Assembly (NCBI GenBank): GCA_965277405.1
Contig: OZ255726.1
Location: forward strand, 2,080,001-2,144,000
Direction: 5' to 3'
Source: Gammaproteobacteria bacterium
GTDB lineage: Bacteria; Pseudomonadota; Gammaproteobacteria; G965277405
DNA: 64,000 nt
Made by a program: the position numbers and the translations under genes. Below the pieces are notes generated by a model. The model made no database searches and was not told where the DNA came from. It was given only the letters and a program-made list of their open reading frames with translations. Shown here one piece after another: positions 20,221 through 30,692 of the stretch (position 1 is the first letter of the stretch; each line of letters starts with the position of its first letter).

Positions 20221-21244
20221 GGCTTTATTTGAATAAATTGTTGAAATATGATATGCTACAAGTATCAATCACATCCACAATGCTCTAAATCATGAAGACC
20301 TCTGAATTTAATCAGTTAAAACAAGCAGTTAATGGGCTTTCTCCAAAGCAAAAGGCTGACTTAGAACAGCATTTAATCAATCCAGAATCGCAACCTCAAG
20401 TGCTGAAATTACTTGAACAAGCGGTACATGGATGCCCTCATTGCCAACATGACAGTACCTATAAGTGGGGCACGTCAAAAGGACGTCAGCGGTATCGTTG
20501 TCGATCATGCTTAAAAACCTATAATGCACTAACGGGTTCAGAATTGAATGGTCTGCATAAGCCTGAACTCTGGGAACAATACTGCCAAACGATGGTTGAT
20601 TCAAAATCGCTGCGCATTGCAGCAAAGGAATGCGGCATCAACCTCACCACGGCATTCACATGGCGTCATAAATTTCTTAAATTGGCTGATTTACTTATGA
20701 GCAAGCAGCTTGAAGGCATTGTCGAAATGGATGAAACTTGGTTTAAATATTCTGAAAAAGGCAGTCGCTATTTAACCACTGGCAAGCCGCGAAAACGCGG
20801 TAATAGCAAAGCATCTACAGTGAAAGCTGTTATTGGCATCGATCGAAGTGGCAACATTGTCGATCAGGTTGTAGAGCACTTTACGCTGGATCAATTACAG
20901 GCAACCTTTGTACCTAAACTCGCCGACGATCTGGTTCTCTGTACCGACGGTCATATCAATTATGAGCATCTAGCCAAGCAGAAAAATATCAATCATGTCG
21001 TGTTAAATCAACGCCTTGGTGAGCGGGTCAAAGACAAAGTTTTTCATATTCAAACGGTGAACGCTTACCACATGAGGCTCAAGCAATGGCTAGCCCCTTT
21101 TCATGGTGTTGCAACTAAAAATCTTCATAAATATTGTGGATGGTTTCGTTGGTTTGAGCTTAATAAACGGGGAGATATATCCCCTGCCAGCTTCATGAGG
21201 GATATGCTGTATACAGCATTTCAACAAACTATCAGAACATAGCC
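20221..21244 (+). mobile_element. IS1595-family insertion sequence, copy 1 (1024 bp)
   Basis: Imperfect TIRs GGCT..TTGTTGAAAT / ATTTCAACAA..AGCC; 8-bp TSD CAAATAAT at 20213-20220 and 21245-21252. Confidence 0.93.
20292..21242 (+). CDS. IS1595-family DDE transposase
   Basis: CPHC..RYRCRSC zinc ribbon, HTH, EMDETW, LCTDG, HIQTVN, FHGVATKNL. Confidence 0.93.
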   Translation: MKTSEFNQLKQAVNGLSPKQKADLEQHLINPESQPQVLKLLEQAVHGCPHCQHDSTYKWGTSKGRQRYRCRSCLKTYNALTGSELNGLHKPELWEQYCQTMVDSKSLRIAAKECGINLTTAFTWRHKFLKLADLLMSKQLEGIVEMDETWFKYSEKGSRYLTTGKPRKRGNSKASTVKAVIGIDRSGNIVDQVVEHFTLDQLQATFVPKLADDLVLCTDGHINYEHLAKQKNINHVVLNQRLGERVKDKVFHIQTVNAYHMRLKQWLAPFHGVATKNLHKYCGWFRWFELNKRGDISPASFMRDMLYTAFQQTIRT

Positions 21245-21384
21245 CAAATAATGGTAGAACCAAATAATTCTTGCCACAAACGCAAATATTTACGGGGTTT
21301 TTACAAAAAACCCAATACAACCCTCTATATTTAACGTGATTTGACAGATCGTTTATAGACTTTTATAAAAAAATATCAGGATAT

Positions 21385-21516
21385 ATGGATATTATTGCAA
21401 TCATTGTATGCCTAGTACTTTTAGTTGTTTTGCTGCTTAACAGCGGTAAAACTAATGCTACGCCTACGCAACCTTTGATTAAGTCCATGATGGGCGAGAC
21501 GGAGCAAAAACGCTGA
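21385..21516 (+). CDS. Putative 43-aa single-TM protein with MITE-derived tail (below the ORF-track cutoff)
   Basis: MDIIAIIVCLVLLVVLLLNSGKTNATPTQPLIKSMMGETEQKR*, preceded by CAGGA. Confidence 0.45.
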   Translation: MDIIAIIVCLVLLVVLLLNSGKTNATPTQPLIKSMMGETEQKR

Positions 21517-21694
21517 TGATAACTAGGCGCAGCAGTTGACAATACTGGTGGTCTTGTGGGTGTTGCCAAGTGCTGCAACAACGTTAGCGCAGCGTTTTTC
21601 CCGTCCCTCTATTGAATTTACTATGGGTTTGCGCCTTGCAATCATCAGCAATTGCAGGCAAACTCGCCCCATCAGCGAGTTAATTAGCGCTTCC
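21468..21694 (+). mobile_element. MITE copy (227 bp, internal deletion relative to the 3227 copy)
   Basis: GCAACCTTTGATTAAG ... GTTAATTAGCGCTTCC followed by TTAG; interior closely matches 3227-3520. Confidence 0.88.
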
Positions 21695-21762
21695 TTAGGG
21701 CGGACTAGGCAAAATTTTAGAAAATATTGTAAATTATTTCATTGGCGGGTCGGGTATTGTAG

Positions 21763-21981
21763 TTAATTCCTGTAGCGGTTGGACTTAATGTTGATTTCAT
21801 TTCTCTCTTCTCTGAACTAAACCCTAAAATATTTCTCGGTGGAGACAATGTAATCTTTTGGAGTCCACTAGCGTGGACGGTAATTTACGGTTTAACTGAA
21901 GCTACATTCTTAACTTGGATTATCGTTCCAGTATTGTTTAATATTGGTTACCGAATAAAACTTTTTATTTATAAAAGGTAG
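21763..21981 (+). pseudogene. 3' remnant of an AcrB-family RND permease (Bacteroidota-like)
   Basis: Manual translation: LIPVAVGLNVDFISLFSELNPKIFLGGDNVIFWSPLAWTVIYGLTEATFLTWIIVPVLF..KR*. No start codon. Confidence 0.75.
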
Positions 21982-22047
21982 CTAAACTTTGTTGTAGGTA
22001 CTTGGTTATCAAAAAAATAAAATAAATAGCAAAACAAAGAGAAACAC

Positions 22048-23136
22048 ATGAAAAAAATATGTTTTTTAAACAGTGCTAAAACTTGGGGAGGGGGAGAAAA
22101 ATGGCATTTAGAGGTTAGCACATATATGCATAACAAAGGTTATGGTGTTTTGGTAGTCACAAACAAAGAAAGTGCGCTTTATGATAAATTACAAAACACA
22201 AACATTAATAGTGTAGGCATTAAAATAAATAATTTTAGTTTTTTAAACCTTTTCAAAATTAATGCTTTAAAAAAAATATTAAAAAAACATAAAACAGATA
22301 TTATTGTCATTAACCTATCTAGGGATTTAAAATTAGGAGGGTTAGCGGCAAAAAAAGCTGGAGTACAAAAAATTATATATGGGAGAGGTAGTGCCATTCC
22401 TATAAAAAACAATATCTTAAACAGATTTTATTTTAAAAAAATAGTAACAGATGTTTTAGCCAATTCTAAAGCTACAAAACGTACCGTTTTAGAGAAAAAT
22501 AAAAAATTATTTCCTAAAGAAAAAATAAAAGTTCTTTACAATGCCTTGGATTGTAAAGAATTATCAAAAAGAAAAACAGAGCTAGTCTATAAAAAAATTA
22601 AAGAAAATCAAATAGTACTTACAAGTTTAGGGAGATTAGAGTATGAAAAAAATTATAGCTTTTTGATTTATTTATCTAAAGAATTAAAAAATAGAAACAT
22701 TGAACATAAAATCCTGGTTGGTGGTGAAGGCTCTTTAAAAGAAAAATTAATAGCACTATCCAAGAAGTTGGATGTAAATAAAGAAATTGATTTTTTAGGT
22801 TTTATAAATAATCCAAAAGACATATTACTTAGTGGAGATATTTTTGTTCATCCATCATTATGGGAAGGTTTTGGTTACGTATTGGCAGAAGCTTTATTAT
22901 GTAAAAAACCAGTAATTGCTTTTAATACAACTAGTATCCCTGAAATAATACTCCATAATAAAAGCGGATATGTTTTGGAATTGAATAATATTAAAAAAGT
23001 AGCTGACAAAATAGAACTTCTTGCATCTAATAAAAAATTAAGGGATGATTTAGGTGAGTATGGACATAATTTTGTAACTAAAAATTTTGACAGTACTCTC
23101 ATTTACAAACAAATGGAAGATTATTTTGTGCTATAG
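22048..23136 (+). CDS. GT4-family glycosyltransferase, very AT-rich
   Basis: WGGGEK, GRLEYEKN, PSLWEGFGYVLAEA (EX7E). Confidence 0.92.
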   Translation: MKKICFLNSAKTWGGGEKWHLEVSTYMHNKGYGVLVVTNKESALYDKLQNTNINSVGIKINNFSFLNLFKINALKKILKKHKTDIIVINLSRDLKLGGLAAKKAGVQKIIYGRGSAIPIKNNILNRFYFKKIVTDVLANSKATKRTVLEKNKKLFPKEKIKVLYNALDCKELSKRKTELVYKKIKENQIVLTSLGRLEYEKNYSFLIYLSKELKNRNIEHKILVGGEGSLKEKLIALSKKLDVNKEIDFLGFINNPKDILLSGDIFVHPSLWEGFGYVLAEALLCKKPVIAFNTTSIPEIILHNKSGYVLELNNIKKVADKIELLASNKKLRDDLGEYGHNFVTKNFDSTLIYKQMEDYFVL

Positions 23137-23285
23137 AATAAATTGTCTCAACTTGCAAGTTGCGATGGTGTATAAAACAGCAAATAATCTTTTTCGATAT
23201 TATTATAAATGGTGAGCACTTAAACGTTTTTTTATACTCTCCTAATAACCTATTTCTTGGTTATCTGGGGCAGCCACAGTTTTGA

Positions 23286-24056
23286 CTATTCATCCAAACG
23301 GCGTCGCTGCACGCTCGCATCCAATAATTGCTGGGTATAAGGGTGCTTGGCTTGCAGCGCGCGCATATCCTCTACAGTCAGAAATTCTACTATTTCCCCT
23401 TGATTCATAACGGCAATTTCGCTGCACATGTGGGCAACCACTGCCAAATCATGAGAAACCATAAGATATGTCAGGGATCTATCAACCTGCAAATCAGTCA
23501 GCAAGTTCAGTATTTCTGCCTGTACTGAAACGTCTAACGCAGAGGTTGGCTCGTCCAATAACAGTATTTCAGGTTGAATCACCAGTGCCCGCGCAATGGC
23601 TACACGTTGGCGCTGACCACCGGAAAGTTGGTGTGGATAGCGAAAGCGCAAACTTTGGCTTAAGCCGACATTACCCAATACTTGCACAATGCGTTTATCC
23701 GCATCAGCAAACCCCTGCAAATACAGCGATTCAGCTAAAACATGGTCGATGGTTTTACGCGGATGCAAGGATGCATAGGGGTCCTGAAACACCATTTGCA
23801 CTTTTGCATAAAAACTACTGGTTCTGGTTTTACCGAGGCCTTCGGCTAGCGCCGTAATCTTGCCAGACCAGTCAGGGATCAACCCGGTGATCGCGCGCAA
23901 CACGGTAGATTTTCCGGATCCTGATTCACCAACAAGCCCAAAGCTACTGCCTTTTTCCAGCGTAAAAGTTGCATTAACTACTGCATCAACCCGCGTAGCG
24001 CCTGCGCCAAAGCCGACGCAGAGGTTATCAACTTGTATACTTACCTCGCCGACCAT
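23286..24056 (-). CDS. Peptide ABC ATPase (DppF/DdpF-like)
   Basis: GESGSGKST, QMVFQDPYASL, YPHQLSGGQRQR, HPYTQ. Confidence 0.92.
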   Translation of the reverse strand: MVGEVSIQVDNLCVGFGAGATRVDAVVNATFTLEKGSSFGLVGESGSGKSTVLRAITGLIPDWSGKITALAEGLGKTRTSSFYAKVQMVFQDPYASLHPRKTIDHVLAESLYLQGFADADKRIVQVLGNVGLSQSLRFRYPHQLSGGQRQRVAIARALVIQPEILLLDEPTSALDVSVQAEILNLLTDLQVDRSLTYLMVSHDLAVVAHMCSEIAVMNQGEIVEFLTVEDMRALQAKHPYTQQLLDASVQRRRLDE

Positions 24057-24928
24057 TATGCGCGCTGCGCATCAATAATGCCACTAACACTGGGCGCCGT
24101 ACCCCAGGCATCATCACGTTGCAATGTTTCTAGCCGTTCAACCCTGCGTTCGAGTTGAGGCAGCGATTTTAGTAGATTCTGCGTATACCCATGCTTTGCC
24201 TTATTAAGTTCATCGGCACGGCATGTTTCAACAATCTTACCCGCATACATGATCAACACCCGGTCACAAAAAGCAGCAACAACATTGAGGTCGTGACTGA
24301 TAAATATCAGCCCCATATCGCGTTCGCGGACCAACTTGTCCATAATATCGAGCAAGTTCTTTTGCACCGTCACATCAAGCGCTGAAGTGGGTTCATCGGC
24401 AATCAGGATTTGCGGGTCAGGAATAAGCATCATGGCAATCATTACCCGCTGTGCCATACCACTAGATATTTCATGAGGATATGCTTTAAAGACACGTTGA
24501 GGATCGCGGATCAACACCGTTTCCAACATCTCAATAGTCTTTTTGACCGCTTCCCTACGCCCAACTTTGGCGTGTAATCGATACGCTTCACAAATCTGTG
24601 TGCCGGCCCGCATCACCGGGTTGAGTGAAAATTTAGGGTCTTGCATAACCATGGAAATCCGGTGACCGCGAATACTCCGCATCGCTTTTTCAGAGAGCTT
24701 GAGCAAATCCTGCCCTGCGAGGAGAATATGGTCGGCGCTAGCAATGCCAGGTTTCTTAATCAACCGCAATATCGCCCGCGCGGTGATCGATTTGCCTGAT
24801 CCTGACTCACCAACAATACCAAGTCGTTCTTTACCTAACGAGAATGAAATATTACGCACCGCCTTCACCACGCCAGTCCGGCTGGGAAACTTGACTCTAA
24901 GATTTTTAACTTCGAGTAGGTTGGTCAT
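24056..24928 (-). CDS. Peptide ABC ATPase (DppD/DdpD-like)
   Basis: GESGSGKS, QDPKFSLNP, YPHE, ADEPTSALD. Confidence 0.92.
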   Translation of the reverse strand: MTNLLEVKNLRVKFPSRTGVVKAVRNISFSLGKERLGIVGESGSGKSITARAILRLIKKPGIASADHILLAGQDLLKLSEKAMRSIRGHRISMVMQDPKFSLNPVMRAGTQICEAYRLHAKVGRREAVKKTIEMLETVLIRDPQRVFKAYPHEISSGMAQRVMIAMMLIPDPQILIADEPTSALDVTVQKNLLDIMDKLVRERDMGLIFISHDLNVVAAFCDRVLIMYAGKIVETCRADELNKAKHGYTQNLLKSLPQLERRVERLETLQRDDAWGTAPSVSGIIDAQRA

Positions 24929-25861
24929 TTATTTGTTGTTTTTTGGGTCGAGCACATCACGCAGGCCATCACCTAACAAATTGAAGGCAAGCGATACGCT
25001 AAAGATCGCCAAGCCAGGCATGGTGACCACCCACCAATGATCGAGAATAAACATGCGGCCTGCTGAAATCATCGCACCCCATTCAGGCGATGGTGGCTGA
25101 GCACCAAGCCCAAGGAATCCGAGTCCTGCTGCGGTCAAGATGATCCCTGACATATCCAGCGTTACCCGAATGATTAGCGATGAAATACACAAGGGCCAGA
25201 TATGGCGCGTGATGATATTCAACGCACCGCTACCTTGCAATTTAATCGCGTGGATATAGTCGGCGTTGCGGATGGTCAAGGTCTCAGCTCGAGCAATCCT
25301 TGCATAGGGCGGCCACGCAGTAAGCACGATTGCCAGCACCGCGTTATCAATCCCTGCTCCAAGCGCTGCAACAAAAGCAAGCGCCAGAACCAATCGCGGA
25401 AATGCCAAGAAGATATCGGTGATACGCATCAGCACAACATCGACCCAGCCACCAAGATAGCCAGCAACTGTTCCGACCAACAGCCCGACAACCGGCGCAA
25501 TCAAAGCCACCAGCGCAACGATATACAGCGTGATAAGCGATCCGTGCATTAACCGGCTCAAAATATCGCGTCCAAGCGAATCTGAACCGAGAATAAACCC
25601 GCCTTCTCCAGGTGGTAGGAGGCGAGCGGCAAGGTCTTGGGCAAACGGATCAGCCCCAGCCAACCATGGTGCAAACGTTGCAATAAACAACAATGCCGCC
25701 AAAATCGCCAGACCAAACATCGCCATCGGGTTCGACTTTAGCGTCAACCACGCACGATAATACGCTGATAATTTTGCCTGTTTACGCGATGTTGGCGCGT
25801 CGCTGGTTAACCAGTCGTGCCAGTTTTGTTTAGCCTTAGGGCTGGCATTGAATTCACTCAT
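24929..25861 (-). CDS. Peptide ABC permease (DppC-like)
   Basis: LGSDSLGRDILSR, LGFLGLGAQPPSPEWG, FNLLGDGLRDVLDP. Confidence 0.93.
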   Translation of the reverse strand: MSEFNASPKAKQNWHDWLTSDAPTSRKQAKLSAYYRAWLTLKSNPMAMFGLAILAALLFIATFAPWLAGADPFAQDLAARLLPPGEGGFILGSDSLGRDILSRLMHGSLITLYIVALVALIAPVVGLLVGTVAGYLGGWVDVVLMRITDIFLAFPRLVLALAFVAALGAGIDNAVLAIVLTAWPPYARIARAETLTIRNADYIHAIKLQGSGALNIITRHIWPLCISSLIIRVTLDMSGIILTAAGLGFLGLGAQPPSPEWGAMISAGRMFILDHWWVVTMPGLAIFSVSLAFNLLGDGLRDVLDPKNNK

Positions 25862-26952
25862 TTGGTCCTTGGATCGAAGACTTTATACAGCATGTCGGAG
25901 AAGATGTTGAGGCTGACAAACACTAGCCCAACAACCACCGTGCCGCCGAGAACCGCATTCATATCCGCAGATAACAATGAAGTTGTGATGTATAAACCGA
26001 TACCAGGCCACGCGAAAATAGTTTCTGTCAAAACGGAACCCTCGAGCAGCCCAGCATATGAAAGCACAATCACGGTAACCAGTGGCACTTTGACATTCCC
26101 TAGCGCATGTACCCAAACCACATAGGGTTCTGCAAGCCCCTTAACCCTCGCTGTGGTGATATATTCCTGATCAAGCTGCTCGAGCATAAAGCTGCGCGTC
26201 ATGCGAGAAATATAGGCCAGCGAGTAATAGGCGAGTAATCCTGCTGGTAAAATGATGTGTGAAACAGCATTCCAAAAAATAGTTTTATCACCAGCAATCA
26301 GGCTATCAACGAGGATCATCCCAGTCACCGCTGGCACAATATCGGCGTAATAAATATCAAGGCGTCCTGGCCCTGCCACCCAATCTAGCTTGCCATACAA
26401 CACTATCAGTCCAATCATACCAATCCAGAAAATCGGCATGGAATAACCAATCAGCGCGACGACGCGGGCGGTGTAATCAACCCATGTGCCTTGTCTTACA
26501 GCAGCGATAACACCAAGCGGAACGCCGAGAACGATACCGATCATAATACCGACCGTTGCCAGTTCAATTGTCGCTGGAAACACGCGGATCAAATCCTGCG
26601 CTACAGGACGCGCAGTCAACAAGGATTCGCCAAAATCACCGTGCAACACATCCTTGAGAAAAATGAAAAATTGGATAATCAGTGGTTTATCCAGCCCCAG
26701 ATCGCGGTAGGCCTGCTGATAAGTCTCATTGCTAGCCGCTTCGCCAACGATGGCAAGCACTGGGTCAATCGGCATCACCCGACCAATAACAAAGGTCATA
26801 CATAACAGACCAATCATGGTGATCAGCACGGTAAAAATTGTTTTGCAGATGCCAACTACCCAATCCGCAGTAACCGAGTTCAGCAAACGCTGCGAAAAAT
26901 ACAACGCCTGCCAACTTCCTCCATCGTTTCCAGTAGGCAAAACTCCCATCAA
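25858..26952 (-). CDS. Peptide ABC permease (DppB-like)
   Basis: LGLDKP, FPATIEL, YITTARVKGL, ETIFAWPGIG, DPR. Confidence 0.93.
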   Translation of the reverse strand: MMGVLPTGNDGGSWQALYFSQRLLNSVTADWVVGICKTIFTVLITMIGLLCMTFVIGRVMPIDPVLAIVGEAASNETYQQAYRDLGLDKPLIIQFFIFLKDVLHGDFGESLLTARPVAQDLIRVFPATIELATVGIMIGIVLGVPLGVIAAVRQGTWVDYTARVVALIGYSMPIFWIGMIGLIVLYGKLDWVAGPGRLDIYYADIVPAVTGMILVDSLIAGDKTIFWNAVSHIILPAGLLAYYSLAYISRMTRSFMLEQLDQEYITTARVKGLAEPYVVWVHALGNVKVPLVTVIVLSYAGLLEGSVLTETIFAWPGIGLYITTSLLSADMNAVLGGTVVVGLVFVSLNIFSDMLYKVFDPRTK

Positions 26953-26961
26953 TTGCTGGGA

Positions 26962-28554
26962 CTATTTAGTAATCGGCCAATACATTATCGAGGTGACAGC
27001 ACCACCAGTATTCAGGTGTTTGATGTTGGCGCGAATACCACTTTGGGAAATTTGCTGGAACATGATGGCAAACGGCGCACGTTGTTGGTGGTCGCGTTGA
27101 ATAGCTTGATACATCGCTGCGCGTTTTGCTGGGTCGCTTTCCTCAACTGCAGCCTTGGTAGCTTTTGACATTTCTGGTAAATACCAGGAATTGCGCCAAG
27201 CAAGCAGGCCAGTGGCGCTGGCTGCGTCAGAGTTATCGGGGTTAAACGCAAATGTTGCAGCATTGGTATTTGGATCTGGATAATCCGGTCCCCAAGAACC
27301 AACATAAATTTGATGTTTACGCGCGCGGTATTTAGCGAGTGTCTGCTTACCAGTACCAACTTCAATGCTAACATTGATGTTGGCTTTGGCAAATGAGTTT
27401 TGGATTGATTGGGCAATCTCAATGCGATCCTGAGAGTTACGGACGATTATTTTCAGGTTAAACCCACCTTCAAGACCGGCTTCTTGCAGCAGCGCTTTGG
27501 CTTTATCAACGTCATATGTATACGGCTGGTCAGTAATTTCACCCAGAAACGTACGCGGCAGGAATGCCTGGTGCACGGTATATTGGCCTTTGAGGAATGA
27601 ATTCTGCATTCCTTGATAATCAATCAAATATTTTAGAGCTTTGACAACCTGTGGTTTGGCAAGGTTTGCGTCTTGCTGGTTCATCGATATATACATCAAG
27701 CGTCCACGCAGATCGTTTACCACGGCAAGATCACTATTTTCTGCAAGACCGGCAACATCTGCAGGATTCAGCGAGCGGGCAATGTCGATATCGCCTTTTT
27801 CGAGCAACAGCCGCTGGGTGGCAGATTCCTGAATGTGGCGTACAACGACTTTCTCAATTTTTGGTGCGCCTGCAAAATACTCGGCATTTGCAGTTAGTAG
27901 ATACGATTCATTTGGTTTCCAGTTGACCAGTTTGTAAGGCCCAGAACCAGCGGAATGGGTTTTTAGCCAGCCATTCCCCATATCGCCATTTTTTGCGTGG
28001 GACATAACTGTTTTCGAATCGACAATCCCCCCGATATTAGCGGTAAGGCAGTTGAGCACGAATGATATAGCGTATTTCTTATCGGTGGTTATCACGAAAC
28101 TCATATCATCAACCAACTTGATGGTGTCAGCAACATTATCAGCAGTAAATCCAAATTGCGTCAGGATGAAAGCTGGGGTTTTGTTGAGTTTCACCGCGCG
28201 TTGCAGCGAATACACCGCATCGTGTGCGGTTACCGCATTGCCAGAATGGAATTTTACCCCAGCGCGCATTTTAAAAGTAATGCTCCTGCCATCTGCAGCA
28301 ACGCTCCAGCTTTCCGCCAGACTGGGCAGATACCCCTTGGAAAAGTCAGCAGGGTCAAAAAACATCAGGTTATTATATACGTTACGGTTCAAGTCGTTGC
28401 CCGAGAATTCAAAGGATTGCGCAGGATCAAGCGATATGATGTCATCGATGTGTGTGGCGATAACCAGCATATTTGCTGGAGTGGCAGCATTCGCCATGTT
28501 CGCGGTTGTCAGAACGCTAACCGCCACCAGTACTAAACGTTTAATTATTTTCAT
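26962..28554 (-). CDS. Peptide ABC substrate-binding protein, family 5 (DdpA-like)
   Basis: Signal peptide, SLDPA, LAESW, FHSGN, GSGPY, WGPDYPDP; GGAG RBS. Confidence 0.93.
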   Translation of the reverse strand: MKIIKRLVLVAVSVLTTANMANAATPANMLVIATHIDDIISLDPAQSFEFSGNDLNRNVYNNLMFFDPADFSKGYLPSLAESWSVAADGRSITFKMRAGVKFHSGNAVTAHDAVYSLQRAVKLNKTPAFILTQFGFTADNVADTIKLVDDMSFVITTDKKYAISFVLNCLTANIGGIVDSKTVMSHAKNGDMGNGWLKTHSAGSGPYKLVNWKPNESYLLTANAEYFAGAPKIEKVVVRHIQESATQRLLLEKGDIDIARSLNPADVAGLAENSDLAVVNDLRGRLMYISMNQQDANLAKPQVVKALKYLIDYQGMQNSFLKGQYTVHQAFLPRTFLGEITDQPYTYDVDKAKALLQEAGLEGGFNLKIIVRNSQDRIEIAQSIQNSFAKANINVSIEVGTGKQTLAKYRARKHQIYVGSWGPDYPDPNTNAATFAFNPDNSDAASATGLLAWRNSWYLPEMSKATKAAVEESDPAKRAAMYQAIQRDHQQRAPFAIMFQQISQSGIRANIKHLNTGGAVTSIMYWPITK

Positions 28555-28700
28555 TTTTCTCCCCTTTTGATAAATCAATTATTTTTTTTGACCGTTGCAG
28601 CGCTGTTTACGTGCAGACTAAAAGTATGAATTATACCCCAATATGCATCATTTAGCACGCATTCTTTTAGCCGATGCTTCCCCCCTTGTATCGGTTGCAT

Positions 28701-29786
28701 TCAACCCTTGAGAGTCTTCTCCAGCACGCGTAGCCAATTGCCGTGGCAGACCTTGGTCATCAGTTCTTCACCATAGCCATGTGCACGCATCCCAGTACGC
28801 AACGCTTTTAATCCCACTACGTCTTTGATCGATTCAGGCAGCAACACCCCTTCAAAATCGGAGCCAATCCCAACTCCATCCTCCCCAACATGTTCGATCA
28901 AATAATCAAGATGGCGCAGCATATCATCAATGGTTACATCAGAACGCATCTGCCCGTCAGCACGAATGAAGGCACAGCCAAAATTCAGCCCGACCATGCC
29001 TGCACTCGCACGAATCGCCGCCAATTGCTTATCGGTTAAATTGCGAGCGTGGGGACAGATGGCATATGCGTTGGAATGGGTCGCAACCAGCGGCGCATCG
29101 CTAATTTTTGCCACATCCCAAAACCCAGCTTCGTTCAAATGAGACAAATCGATCACCATGTTAAAATGGTTTTGCACCTTGACCATTTCCTTGCCAAAAT
29201 CCGTGAGACCCGCACCGATATCGCCTGTTGAAGGGTAGCGAAACGGCACCCCGTAGCCACACTGTGTCGGACGGCTCCAAACGGGTCCAATCGAACGCAG
29301 CCCAGCCGTGTGCAGAATTTCAAGCGCATTAAAATCCTTATCAATTGCTTCCGCGCCTTCAAGATGCATCAGCATGGCGAGGGTATCGGTTGCAAGACAT
29401 TGGCGAATATCAGCAGCAGAACGGCAAATTTTTGCAGCGCCACTTGCATCACGTTCAATTCGCAACAGGATTGCCGCCATCGCCAGCGTAACCCGCAAAG
29501 CCTCCGCAACCGGAATTTCATCCGGTAATGGAAGATCGTAGCTAGGGCGGCACATTTCCTGATAACGATCCAAATTAGCGGGTGGTGATGGTACGTAAAT
29601 GGCAAAAAATCCTCCAGCAAACCCTGCAACTTTGATGCGGGGCATGTCCAGATGCCCACCTTCGCGCCCATCAATTTCGCGCCCATCAATAAAGTGGCGC
29701 TGGGCATTGGTCTCATTCATCATATACAGCCGCAGCAATATATCATTATGACCGTCGAAAATTAAAGGTAGTCGGTTATCATCCAT
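28701..29786 (-). CDS. Membrane-dipeptidase family (M19) protein
   Basis: FDGHND, HLEGAE, DLSH, ATHSN, RNLTD, GSDF. Confidence 0.92.
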   Translation of the reverse strand: MDDNRLPLIFDGHNDILLRLYMMNETNAQRHFIDGREIDGREGGHLDMPRIKVAGFAGGFFAIYVPSPPANLDRYQEMCRPSYDLPLPDEIPVAEALRVTLAMAAILLRIERDASGAAKICRSAADIRQCLATDTLAMLMHLEGAEAIDKDFNALEILHTAGLRSIGPVWSRPTQCGYGVPFRYPSTGDIGAGLTDFGKEMVKVQNHFNMVIDLSHLNEAGFWDVAKISDAPLVATHSNAYAICPHARNLTDKQLAAIRASAGMVGLNFGCAFIRADGQMRSDVTIDDMLRHLDYLIEHVGEDGVGIGSDFEGVLLPESIKDVVGLKALRTGMRAHGYGEELMTKVCHGNWLRVLEKTLKG

Positions 29787-30692
29787 CGGAATTACGCGTA
29801 AGGCGGGTACTGAAGATTATGAATTATTGTTTAATTTTTACGTTTTATCAATGGTTTTAATTGCTATTGACGTTCCTTAAAATAAATTCATACGAAGAAA
29901 CTCATATAAAACGAGAAATCACATTAAACTCACATTATTAGCAACAGAGCCGCCCGTACTATTATGGGTCTCGACCTGTGACGCTGTCAGACGGCATAGC
30001 AGGTTGGCAAATTCTAAATATTTATACTTTTTGTTAAGAATTTATGTTTACTTGCTACCCAAACGCCGATTAAAGAAAGAGCCATACCAGCCCATGCAAT
30101 AGCAGGCATAAATTCATCTAATACAATACTCGCAATAATCAATGCAAAGGGCGGAACTAAAAAAAACAAAGAGTTGACACTGGTTAAATTGTTTTTTCTA
30201 ATCAATAGTAGCAGTATAGAAATAGAAATTATCGTATTGAAAATCACTAGATAAAAAAGAGATCCTATCAGCGAAAACGACCAAATTATTTTGTTTGTCT
30301 CAAATGCAAGCGCGAATGGTAGCGTGAAAATTAAGGCAATTGAGCACTGTATACAACTTGCAATTAAAGGGTGACAAAGAGTTTTGTGGCGTTTTTCATA
30401 AATTATTCCAATTGTCATTCCTGCAAGGGATATACATGCCAAAAGTAAACTATTCAGAGAAGTGAATTCGACTGTGGATTTAGCCATAACAACTATTATT
30501 ACACCTAAAGTTCCCAAAAGAAGACCAACCCATTGCAGATAAGAAATTTTTTCATTCAGAATATAAAGGGATATAATTCCTACCAAAATAGGTTGCATTG
30601 AAGCTATCATAGCAAACGTTCCAGCAGACAATCCAGCACTAATTGAAAGATAGAAGAAACAAAAATATACAAATTGTATTAACAAGCCGATT

